Below, one piece after another: positions 53,821 to 62,306 of a stretch of 64,000 bases of DNA; position 1 is the first letter of the stretch; the number at the start of each line of letters is the position of its first letter. Source of the DNA: a virus (lineage: Duplodnaviria; Heunggongvirae; Uroviricota; Caudoviricetes). Location: IMG/VR virus record IMGVR_UViG_3300013121_000010, positions 77,903-141,902 of that record; one strand, given 5' to 3'. Both the position numbers and the translations under genes were made by a program. Below the pieces are notes generated by a model. It did not search any database. It was not told the DNA's origin and saw only the letters and a program-made list of their open reading frames with translations.

Positions 53821-54591
53821 TTAATTGTCAAGCTGTAAAATATTTTCAAAACCAGAGTTTTTTGAATATATTAATTTATCATCAGTGGATAGTTCTTTAA
53901 TTGGAGTATATCTACAACATCTAATTTTTGCATATTCTTTCTTAGGGACAGAAACAATATCAGTTGGGTCTACTTTTACAAGTAAAATACAAGGTTCTGT
54001 TTTTACATAATCATAAGTACCTACATGCAAACCGCTTGCACTACACATAGCATCATTTAATTCTACTTCATGTCTTGGCATTTCAACAGGTATATCTATT
54101 TTAATAGACATTTTTTCAGTGTGACAATCAGTATAACAATTATCGCCAGTCTTTTTTACATATTTAAAACCAAGAATATTACCTTCTTTATCAATAGCAA
54201 CACCATTATTACCCATCCACCTTAGTACAGACTCTCTACTTTGTTCTATAGGATTTTTTTCAAGTTTTTCCATAAATCTAAGTAATGGTAATGCTTCACA
54301 CCCATTTTCTATAATCTCATTAATCATCTTTTCAATAGCTAGATTGTCATAAGCAATATTATTGTATAATAGTTCTCCATCTTTAATAGAAAAATAACAA
54401 CTTTCTAATTTAGTTTTTAATTCATTATACATTTTTGTAATTTTATAAACCTTATATCTATAAGAAAAGTTTGATGTTAATGCAGAATAAACATCTTTAT
54501 ATCTAATATGATTAATAGGAAAATGATATTCCTTACCTTCAATAAAGATATTTAGACCAGATTTAGATGAGTTTGAGTAAGTGATATACAT
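53821..54591 (-). CDS. rIIB: rIIB protein
   Basis: C-terminal half aligns with T4 rIIB: DCHT/MPRHEV/CSASGLHVG/VKVDPTDIVSVP/AKIRCCRY against T4 DCHS/MPRTRV/CSRGLHVC/VKVHPRDVVSIP/AKMRTCQY. Confidence 0.8.
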   Translation of the reverse strand: MYITYSNSSKSGLNIFIEGKEYHFPINHIRYKDVYSALTSNFSYRYKVYKITKMYNELKTKLESCYFSIKDGELLYNNIAYDNLAIEKMINEIIENGCEALPLLRFMEKLEKNPIEQSRESVLRWMGNNGVAIDKEGNILGFKYVKKTGDNCYTDCHTEKMSIKIDIPVEMPRHEVELNDAMCSASGLHVGTYDYVKTEPCILLVKVDPTDIVSVPKKEYAKIRCCRYTPIKELSTDDKLIYSKNSGFENILQLDN

Positions 54592-54595
54592 ATTT

Positions 54596-56716
54596 TTAAT
54601 TCTCCTTATTTATTTGCTTGATATAATCTAAAACATCATCATTTACATGATTAACATATTTTAACATTGGATATGTCTTAAATATATCTGGTATTTCAAC
54701 AGCTTGTTCATTATAAGTAATAAACTTTTTGTATAAATTATAATAATATACAGCTTTATTACCTTCATCTGATATGTATTTTAAAATACTTTTATCAAAA
54801 TTTCTTATGTGTTTATGTATTTTTACTAATATTTGCCTGTAATTTTTATCAGTTTTATCATAAAAATAACACATTTTCAATATATCATCGTTGAATAAAT
54901 CTTTGATATAATCTTTTAACTTTATTAACTTAATAGACTGAGATTGTTTTTCTTTATTTTTTCCTTTTAATTTAATACCTATGAGTGAAAATTTACTTCC
55001 GCTAATATTTAATAAATCATTATGATATGTTGTAAAAACATCAGGGTTAATACCATCTATATTAAGTGTATTATCAAGTAAAACATAACAGCTATATTTT
55101 TTAACGTCAAAATTGTTTATTTTGTTCCAAAAACGACACTTACCTCTACTTCTACTTCTATAATAACCACCATAATATTCTTTATATTCATAATATTCTA
55201 CATCTTCATTTTTAATAGTAGAATTTTTATGTTTTTTAGGCATTGGTAATGCACTAACTTTTGTAAAAGTGAATGAGTCCGGTAAACCTATTGTTTTTAT
55301 AGCGTGTTTTCTAGCATTATCATTATTTTTGAAATCAAATAGATAAATTACATTATATTTTTCACTATTATTTCTTAAGAATTCTTTACTTCTACTAAAA
55401 AATGAATTATAACTATCTAATTCTATAAACAATTCTTTACCAGAAAATTCGTAAAAACTATTTTCTATATTATTAGATTTAGAAGAATCTTTTCTTAAAC
55501 TCTTAATTACATAATTATTATTCTTATTTTGATAATCTATATTTCCAGTATTTTGAGTTTTTTCAAGAGAAATACCATTCCAAATAAGATTTGGTCTATA
55601 ATAAAACAATTCAAAATTAAGATTATTATACTTAACTCTAGCTTCATATAAACTTTTACAAGAACTAATTTCTTGATTATATTCACTTACAATTTTATTG
55701 TATATATTATCTATTCTTTCTTGCAGTTTACTTATAGTTTTATCATCATAAGATAAATGTTCTCTACTTGGAGTTATATCTAACTCACCAATATTAAACT
55801 TAATTATAATACATTTTAATTTTTTGTTGTATTTACTATCTATTGGATAAACAATATTTCCTATTAAAGCACAAGCTCCATTCTTAATATTTTTATCTAC
55901 ATAATAATCACCACAATCTTTATAAGAAAGCCTGTATTCTTCAATTCTTTTAGATAAAAGTGAATCGCCTACAAACACAGGAAGTTTATTAAAATATTTG
56001 TATACATCAAATATACTACTAGTAAAATTATTTATATCAGTAATATCCACATTTACTTTTATAAGCAAACCGTTTTGCTCATCGCAATCAGTTTTACTTA
56101 CCATATTTATTTTAGGTATACCATTATTAAGATAAGCAGTATAGATATACTTTATACCATTCCAGTAAGAAGTAACAGTAAAATTATCTGTATAAGCAAA
56201 TGGGCTTTTACTACCTAAACCCATACAACCAACATAATCATTACTTGTTGTTTTATTACTAAAGAAATATTGAGTATACAATTGTTCAATAAATTCTGGT
56301 GATAAACCAGTACCAAAATCCCTGATAGAAAACCAAGGTTCGTTCCTGTTTGGTATATGAACTATATAATTATGCTCTTTTAAGTCAGATAAATTATAGT
56401 TTGGATATTTTTCAAGCAAGGAAAATTCATTATCTATAAATTCCTTTGAAAATAAATCACTATCAAGGTTGATAAAATTAAAAAATGGTAAATTATTTTT
56501 TATTAATGTATGAAAACGACTTACTTTCTTAGCATCAATTGTAGCATCATTAGCATTTGTGCTAAGTTCTCTTACAACAGCCAGAATTTTGTTAGAGTAT
56601 ATATTATCAGATAGAATCTTAAAACTCTTTGCGTTAGCACGAATAGTAAAGTCTTGACTTGTATTATTACTATTGACCAATTCTATAGTAGATTCTTCTT
56701 TGTTTAAAATAGCCAT
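54596..56716 (-). CDS. rIIA: rIIA protein (GHKL ATPase N-terminus)
   Basis: N-terminal SQDFTIRANAKSFKILSDNIYSNKILAVVRELSTNANDA closely parallels the T4 rIIA N-terminus (...[29 protein letters not shown]). Confidence 0.8.
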   Translation of the reverse strand: MAILNKEESTIELVNSNNTSQDFTIRANAKSFKILSDNIYSNKILAVVRELSTNANDATIDAKKVSRFHTLIKNNLPFFNFINLDSDLFSKEFIDNEFSLLEKYPNYNLSDLKEHNYIVHIPNRNEPWFSIRDFGTGLSPEFIEQLYTQYFFSNKTTSNDYVGCMGLGSKSPFAYTDNFTVTSYWNGIKYIYTAYLNNGIPKINMVSKTDCDEQNGLLIKVNVDITDINNFTSSIFDVYKYFNKLPVFVGDSLLSKRIEEYRLSYKDCGDYYVDKNIKNGACALIGNIVYPIDSKYNKKLKCIIIKFNIGELDITPSREHLSYDDKTISKLQERIDNIYNKIVSEYNQEISSCKSLYEARVKYNNLNFELFYYRPNLIWNGISLEKTQNTGNIDYQNKNNNYVIKSLRKDSSKSNNIENSFYEFSGKELFIELDSYNSFFSRSKEFLRNNSEKYNVIYLFDFKNNDNARKHAIKTIGLPDSFTFTKVSALPMPKKHKNSTIKNEDVEYYEYKEYYGGYYRSRSRGKCRFWNKINNFDVKKYSCYVLLDNTLNIDGINPDVFTTYHNDLLNISGSKFSLIGIKLKGKNKEKQSQSIKLIKLKDYIKDLFNDDILKMCYFYDKTDKNYRQILVKIHKHIRNFDKSILKYISDEGNKAVYYYNLYKKFITYNEQAVEIPDIFKTYPMLKYVNHVNDDVLDYIKQINKEN

Positions 56717-56733
56717 AATTTTCCTTTCTTTTT

Positions 56734-57096
56734 TTAATTACGATTAAAAATTCTTCTACGTCTCTTCTGTTCTTCTTCAATTCCAATTAAATCAATGACT
56801 TCTTGGCGTGAGCGTGGCCCAGGCTGTAGTGACTTTATAACTTTCCCATCGTCACTCAACCTACTAATTTGAGGTATGTATTTAAATCCATTTTCATTAA
56901 ACAATTTAAAACCTTCCTCGGTATCTATTGATACTTTTTTTATACGTTTAGATTCAATCAAATCTTTTATGGTAGATTCTTGTGTTTTACAAGGTCCACA
57001 ACTCACAGAACTAAAAAAGATTACTTCGTCTGCGGCGGTAAAACTGCCTGTAAGTAATAGTAAAATAAATGTCAGGGCTTTACTTTTCATTTTCAA
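56734..57096 (-). CDS. secreted thioredoxin-fold protein (CGPC)
   Basis: Signal peptide followed by SCGPCK thioredoxin active site. Confidence 0.55.
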   Translation of the reverse strand: MKMKSKALTFILLLLTGSFTAADEVIFFSSVSCGPCKTQESTIKDLIESKRIKKVSIDTEEGFKLFNENGFKYIPQISRLSDDGKVIKSLQPGPRSRQEVIDLIGIEEEQKRRRRIFNRN

Positions 57097-57111
57097 TTAT
57101 CTCCATAATTT

Positions 57112-57414
57112 TTAATTATAAGGTTCAGTACTTTTATATGTAGGCATAGTTATAACCTTCGATATTTTTGACTCAAGTTCCTGCAATTCTTCCAGTTCCT
57201 TTATACTCTTTAAGAATGCTTCTTGTTTTCGTTTGTATTCTTCTGTTTTTAACTCAAGTTTATTTAATTTTACATTTACATTTTGTTTATATTTATTTTC
57301 TACATAATCACTAATTTGTACACATATAAATAGACCTACAAATAAACATAATGTCATTAAACAATAAACACATAAATCAAGAGTTCTTTTGATATATTCA
57401 ATATTATTTTTCAT
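57112..57414 (-). CDS. membrane coiled-coil protein
   Basis: Transmembrane helix plus coiled coil. Confidence 0.35.
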   Translation of the reverse strand: MKNNIEYIKRTLDLCVYCLMTLCLFVGLFICVQISDYVENKYKQNVNVKLNKLELKTEEYKRKQEAFLKSIKELEELQELESKISKVITMPTYKSTEPYN

Positions 57415-58039
57415 TTATTAGACCATTAATTCTTTCTTCATACTTAGAATCATCTTCATTAAACATATCTACTTGGCCAGAAACCTCATCTAAAGCCTTT
57501 ATTGTAGCTTCAATATTTTCTATTTCTTCTTCTAAAACCTTATTATTAAAGGATTCCTTAGAATATTTATCTCTAATAGAAATTAAATTCTTTTTAACTT
57601 CTAGTTCTATACGCTTAGATGATAGTAAATCTTTCTTAAGTGCATTATCAAATTGTGCTTTATCTAAATTAGTTTCTGAATTCTTGAGAGATAGTAATAC
57701 TTTTTCATACTCATTTAAAGTAGACTTTGTATTATCAATTTTTTGGTAAAGCAACTTAAGTTGTTTCTTAAGTAATTCACCTTTTTCTGTTGCATAATTT
57801 TGCTTGTAAGAACTCTCTAGTAATTCTTTTTGTTTTTCAAAGTTATCAACTTTATTACTTAATAAGTAGACTTTTGATTGTGCTTCTACAATACCATTAA
57901 AAATTTCAATCTTTGTCACTTCTTTATTGCATAAAAAATTAAGACTATACTCATCAATAAGGGCACCTGTAATAAAAAACATTAAAGTACATGAAAGTAA
58001 AATACATGAAATAACAAATACACCCTTACTCATACTCAT
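57404..58039 (-). CDS. membrane-anchored coiled-coil protein
   Basis: N-terminal transmembrane helix plus long coiled coil. Confidence 0.35.
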   Translation of the reverse strand: MSMSKGVFVISCILLSCTLMFFITGALIDEYSLNFLCNKEVTKIEIFNGIVEAQSKVYLLSNKVDNFEKQKELLESSYKQNYATEKGELLKKQLKLLYQKIDNTKSTLNEYEKVLLSLKNSETNLDKAQFDNALKKDLLSSKRIELEVKKNLISIRDKYSKESFNNKVLEEEIENIEATIKALDEVSGQVDMFNEDDSKYEERINGLINEK

Positions 58040-58532
58040 AAACCTCCCAATCTAAATCCATATCACTAAACACTTTTAAAATTAATGCCTCAATTTTATT
58101 CCAATCACCACCAGCAAGACCAGAACCAAATTTCGGAGAACAAACAACAACATTTTCTTTTAATAATTTTATTTCAATTTTCAATCTTAATAAACACTCG
58201 TGTAATGAATCATAACGAAGATTAGGAATTCCTAGAAGAATACCTTCATGTGAAAGTCTACCACCGCAATCTCTTTGAGCAATCATATTTACAACAAAAA
58301 CATTATCATTAATTAGAACTTTTTGTATTTGTCCAAGTTTAAAATCATCTAACCTAGAGAATATTCTATATTCCTCTCTTGGTTTCATAGAAACTTTATT
58401 TATTGCTAAAACAAAACCAGAACCCCAACCACCAACATCATTACACACATGTGGTATAAATATAACTTTATCTTTTCTATTTATTACTGCTGGTGATAAA
58501 CAATCACCTTTAATATAGTTTAGTTTAAACAT
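58026..58532 (-). CDS. macro domain (ADP-ribose binding/processing) protein
   Basis: GDCL...IFIPHVCNDVGGWGSGFVLAI resembles the macro domain GD...AIVNAAN..GGGV..AI. Confidence 0.45.
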   Translation of the reverse strand: MFKLNYIKGDCLSPAVINRKDKVIFIPHVCNDVGGWGSGFVLAINKVSMKPREEYRIFSRLDDFKLGQIQKVLINDNVFVVNMIAQRDCGGRLSHEGILLGIPNLRYDSLHECLLRLKIEIKLLKENVVVCSPKFGSGLAGGDWNKIEALILKVFSDMDLDWEVYEYE

Positions 58533-58533
58533 A

Positions 58534-59217
58534 TTATTTTATACAACCAACCTTTCCATTTTCTACATCAACATAAGCAAGTTCATTCAAACAAATAAAT
58601 CTTGTATTATTTATTACTTTATCAAAATTAAGATGGTGATGACCAAAAATCCAATTATCTACAACTAAATTAGTATATATTTCATTTAATAATCTAGAAG
58701 TGTAACTTGGTTTTATTTCACTACAATTAGAATATTTTGTTATCAAGTGTTTTTCATCAAGTAAAAATGACGGGCATTCATGTGTAATCATTATGTGGAC
58801 ATACTTTTTCTCATTAAAATATTCAATAGCCTTATTTCCTTGTTCATTTGTTAATTCTTCATTAACCCAATAATCATATCCAACAGTCCTACAAAATCTA
58901 TCTATAGAAAAAGCACCACGAACAAAAGAAAAACTATGACTATCAATATTATAGGTTCCATAATCGCCTAAACTATGAGGTATAATTCTATCATAATCAT
59001 CGTGATTACCTAAAACTACCCTATGTCTAAATTCGTCAACTTGACTCATCTTTTTGTGAAAATATTTGCCGTATCCCATATCGCCGACCTGAATACTATA
59101 GCGACACCCCTTTATTAAATCAAGGTATGTTCTTTTGGTTGCGTCTGGATTAAAAGAAAAACCATCCTTGCGATGCTCATCTATAAGATTGTGTACATCA
59201 CCAATTATTCTAACCAT
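58534..59217 (-). CDS. calcineurin-like metallophosphoesterase
   Basis: GDVHN, GDMGYG, GNHDDYD and GHHH motifs. Confidence 0.7.
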   Translation of the reverse strand: MVRIIGDVHNLIDEHRKDGFSFNPDATKRTYLDLIKGCRYSIQVGDMGYGKYFHKKMSQVDEFRHRVVLGNHDDYDRIIPHSLGDYGTYNIDSHSFSFVRGAFSIDRFCRTVGYDYWVNEELTNEQGNKAIEYFNEKKYVHIMITHECPSFLLDEKHLITKYSNCSEIKPSYTSRLLNEIYTNLVVDNWIFGHHHLNFDKVINNTRFICLNELAYVDVENGKVGCIK

Positions 59218-59723
59218 TAATTAATAATATCCTTTAAATAAAAACAACCATTTCTTTCTAAACTGAATTTATTTTTATTAGAATAAATGTATAGTTCAGT
59301 CCTGTGTGGACCATTTAAATTGTAATAATGCTCTATAAAACTTTTCCAATTTTTAAGATTTGGTACTCGAACGTGAGTGCGTGGGTCAAAAGGTGTTGAC
59401 CAAATAGGTAAGTTACACTCCATATACTCTGAATATTTATACTTTTTAAGTACATACTCAGATGAATATAATTCTTTTGTTTTTCTACCTAACAATATTG
59501 AAACACAACGGTGATGACCGTTATGAATCATAATTCGTCCATCCTCGAACTCAACAAGCTCAACAAGACCGTCAAGAGTTCGCTTATTAGTAGATAGTAA
59601 AATATGAGCATTGATAGCACTTAAAGTATAAATATGTCCATTCTTAACATATTCAATCATCTGTTTTAGTTCATTTTTATTTCTCAACCCAATTTGAGAA
59701 ACCCAAATATCATTTAGTTTCAC
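59217..59723 (-). CDS. ParB-like nuclease domain protein
   Basis: IHNGHHRCVSILLG resembles the ParB/Srx motif. Confidence 0.4.
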   Translation of the reverse strand: MKLNDIWVSQIGLRNKNELKQMIEYVKNGHIYTLSAINAHILLSTNKRTLDGLVELVEFEDGRIMIHNGHHRCVSILLGRKTKELYSSEYVLKKYKYSEYMECNLPIWSTPFDPRTHVRVPNLKNWKSFIEHYYNLNGPHRTELYIYSNKNKFSLERNGCFYLKDIIN

Positions 59724-60039
59724 GCTTTTTCTTATTCCTTTCTTCTGCTTCTATTTGTTTTTTCTTTTTTATTAACCATTCATTATTAATAAATTCTTCT
59801 GGTGTAAGAATACCTCTCTTCTTATTACATTTTTTACAAGCAATTTTGCAATTAGATAAGCAGTCCTCACCACCCATAGAAACAGGTTTTATATGTTCTA
59901 TTGTAGAAATTTCATAAGTTAAGTGATAACCGCACCAGTAGCATGGCTGAGTTTGTTGACCATTAAACAATTGCTGTTTAATTATTCTAAAATTCTCTAA
60001 TTTAATCTTCCAGTTCATTTTTATATGGAATAAATTCAT
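59710..60039 (-). CDS. HNH endonuclease
   Basis: CYWCG...EHIKPVSMGGEDCLSNCKIACKKCNKKRG. Confidence 0.7.
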   Translation of the reverse strand: MNLFHIKMNWKIKLENFRIIKQQLFNGQQTQPCYWCGYHLTYEISTIEHIKPVSMGGEDCLSNCKIACKKCNKKRGILTPEEFINNEWLIKKKKQIEAEERNKKKRETK

Positions 60040-60259
60040 TATTCTTTGTTAATTTCAAACAACCATCATCAATTTCAGTATCAATTTTACTACAACAAAC
60101 ATAACCTTGAATAACTTTTAAGTCTGGTGTCATACCACCCTCAGACCTATAGCCATCAGCGGTTGTGTGTTGAGAACATTGTTTTTGATGATAACAGCCA
60201 ACAATATTACAAACACCATCCCATTTTCTAACTTCACCTATTTTGTAAAATACTTTCAT
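60002..60259 (-). CDS. Cys-rich hypothetical protein
   Basis: ORF only. Confidence 0.3.
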   Translation of the reverse strand: MKVFYKIGEVRKWDGVCNIVGCYHQKQCSQHTTADGYRSEGGMTPDLKVIQGYVCCSKIDTEIDDGCLKLTKNNEFIPYKNELED

Positions 60260-60796
60260 TTAAATTTCACCTGCTTTCAAGAATTGAATAGTAGAATTTG
60301 GTGTGTCAAATTCGCCGCACTTTGGGCACTTTACCAATTTTTGCTTCATATACAGATTACCGCGACGAACAGAAAATTCAATTGATGAATATTTACATTT
60401 TTGACAGTTATACTTACATCTGTTGCCAAAAGAATATCCATAACAATGATAGGGATTTGGGTTTCTATACCCAAGTTCAATCATAAGATTCTTCCAAACA
60501 TCTTCATGTCCTTGAGTTCTATTGTACATATAGATATTACGTTTAGCAATACCCTTTTGATGACGATAAGAATCAACAATATGGCAGGCTTCATGCCTCA
60601 GCGTTTCAATCTTATCAGTATCAGAAGCAAAATTCCAGTATTTAGAACTGATTTTGATTTGCTTTTTAATGTAGCTGGCAGATGCGGCAGCTACATTCAT
60701 TCGATTACAAAATTCCACATTGATATAATTTACAAGTTGTGGATGACCAAAAAACTCAAAAACATCGTTAATTTCGTCTTTAACGTTAGTAATCAT
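60260..60796 (-). CDS. SprT-like zinc metallopeptidase domain protein
   Basis: RHEACHIV HExxH motif; C-terminal Cys cluster; tandem paralogue of 60818-61423. Confidence 0.5.
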   Translation of the reverse strand: MITNVKDEINDVFEFFGHPQLVNYINVEFCNRMNVAAASASYIKKQIKISSKYWNFASDTDKIETLRHEACHIVDSYRHQKGIAKRNIYMYNRTQGHEDVWKNLMIELGYRNPNPYHCYGYSFGNRCKYNCQKCKYSSIEFSVRRGNLYMKQKLVKCPKCGEFDTPNSTIQFLKAGEI

Positions 60797-60817
60797 GTTT
60801 ACTATTTTACCACACTT

Positions 60818-61423
60818 CTATTGCTCTGTCAATACCCTCTTTGTAATCCTTTCGCTCCTTATGATACTTTTACAATTACTACAATATCTTTTACTAGACC
60901 CATTTTTAATCCTTAAATATAAATTATGAGTAAGAATGTCTCTATTAGGACAATCATAACAGTTATTAACGTAAAATGGAATTCCGTTTAAAGTGTAAAT
61001 TTGTGAGTTTGGTTCATAACTTAAGAATTTCATAAGAAATGACCAACCTTCACCATGTCCATTAGTTGATTTGTTTTTTGAATCGAATTTACGCCATTCA
61101 TTTGAAATACTTCTAAAATAATCATTTACAATATGACAGCTTTCATGTATAATCAATTCTTTAATTTTATCTTTATTATTATGTTTTAGAAAATGAGAAG
61201 ATATTCGTATAATTTTTCTATCAAATGAAGCATCACCAGCAATCGTTTTTAAATTTACAAGTTTTACATCTATAGTTCCAACTAATTCATCACAACCTAA
61301 AAAATAAAATGTATCATTAACAATTTTTAATATTTGAGTCAAAGTTAAAATATGAGCCACTTTTACCTCTTTTTTCATGTAATGTATTTGCCATGTGATT
61401 ATGTACCCACACATCATCATCAT
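60818..61423 (-). CDS. SprT-like zinc metallopeptidase domain protein (paralogue)
   Basis: IHESCHIV HExxH motif; shares the GH.E.W..LM..LGY block and C-terminal Cys cluster with its neighbour. Confidence 0.5.
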   Translation of the reverse strand: MMMMCGYIITWQIHYMKKEVKVAHILTLTQILKIVNDTFYFLGCDELVGTIDVKLVNLKTIAGDASFDRKIIRISSHFLKHNNKDKIKELIIHESCHIVNDYFRSISNEWRKFDSKNKSTNGHGEGWSFLMKFLSYEPNSQIYTLNGIPFYVNNCYDCPNRDILTHNLYLRIKNGSSKRYCSNCKSIIRSERITKRVLTEQ

Positions 61424-61985
61424 AGTAATTACATATTGAATTATAAGATTTTACAACATCATCTTCACTCAATAGACAATAATGATTTGCGTCAACACCA
61501 ACATTTAACATATTTTTCTGTACTCTCCAAGAACTATGTATATGACCAACTAAATTAAAAGCATCTGGTGTTGACAGTCTTGGATAATGATTCAAACTAA
61601 CGTTTAATTTACAATCTAAAACTAAGTTTATACTTATGCCTTCTTCAAATATTTCTGTGATACCCAAACGTTTAAAAAATGCATCAGAATAGTTTCTATC
61701 GTGATTACCTCTAAGTAATGTTACTTTATTAAATTTTGAAAACAATAAAAATATTTTTTCTGCGGCAAAACGGTACTCATGGATTTGTTCATAAGCATTT
61801 TTGCAAAATAAATCACCTAAAATAAATAGACTATCATTATCTGAATTAACATATCTACGATTATCTGATAATTTATTTAAGAACCAACTATCAGTATAGT
61901 ATTTAGGTCTATTCAATACTGATAAACGAGCTTCGGTTTCGCACAAATGCCAATCTGATGTAAAATATATCATTAATCGACCCAC
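61317..61985 (-). CDS. calcineurin-like metallophosphoesterase
   Basis: DWH, ILGDLF, RGNHDRNY and GHIH motifs. Confidence 0.7.
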   Translation of the reverse strand: MGRLMIYFTSDWHLCETEARLSVLNRPKYYTDSWFLNKLSDNRRYVNSDNDSLFILGDLFCKNAYEQIHEYRFAAEKIFLLFSKFNKVTLLRGNHDRNYSDAFFKRLGITEIFEEGISINLVLDCKLNVSLNHYPRLSTPDAFNLVGHIHSSWRVQKNMLNVGVDANHYCLLSEDDVVKSYNSICNYYDDDVWVHNHMANTLHEKRGKSGSYFNFDSNIKNC

Positions 61986-62254
61986 ATTTCTAATTCACTT
62001 TCATAAAAGTCAATATACTTAAAATCAATACTATCTTTATTTAAAGTAACAAAAGAACATTTACAGCCATAAGCTTCATAAGAAGCAGTATGAAAATCAA
62101 AATTATACAACAATCTTACTACTAACATTTTCTTTTCAGGATTTAGTTTATGTCTTACAATATCACCACATTTAAATTTAAAATCATTAACTGTTGGTGG
62201 TTTCATAAATCCAAAAACATATAAAAAAAGCTTATACCAAAAATTATTTTTCAT
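61973..62254 (-). CDS. hypothetical protein
   Basis: ORF only. Confidence 0.3.
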   Translation of the reverse strand: MKNNFWYKLFLYVFGFMKPPTVNDFKFKCGDIVRHKLNPEKKMLVVRLLYNFDFHTASYEAYGCKCSFVTLNKDSIDFKYIDFYESELEMWVD

Positions 62255-62306
62255 GTTTATCTCCCAAATTTTCTATTTATGTTTTCAGTAGTATAAAATA
62301 TATTAA

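Noticed and set aside
669-60916. Many plus-strand ORFs of 60-190 aa (for example 669-857, 2751-2951, 12904-13476, 22264-22587, 60401-60916) nested inside minus-strand genes
   Set aside because: They are antisense shadows of well-supported minus-strand genes, with low-complexity Leu/Phe/Ile-rich translations typical of AT-rich antisense frames. Only 37926-38636 on the plus strand has independent support.
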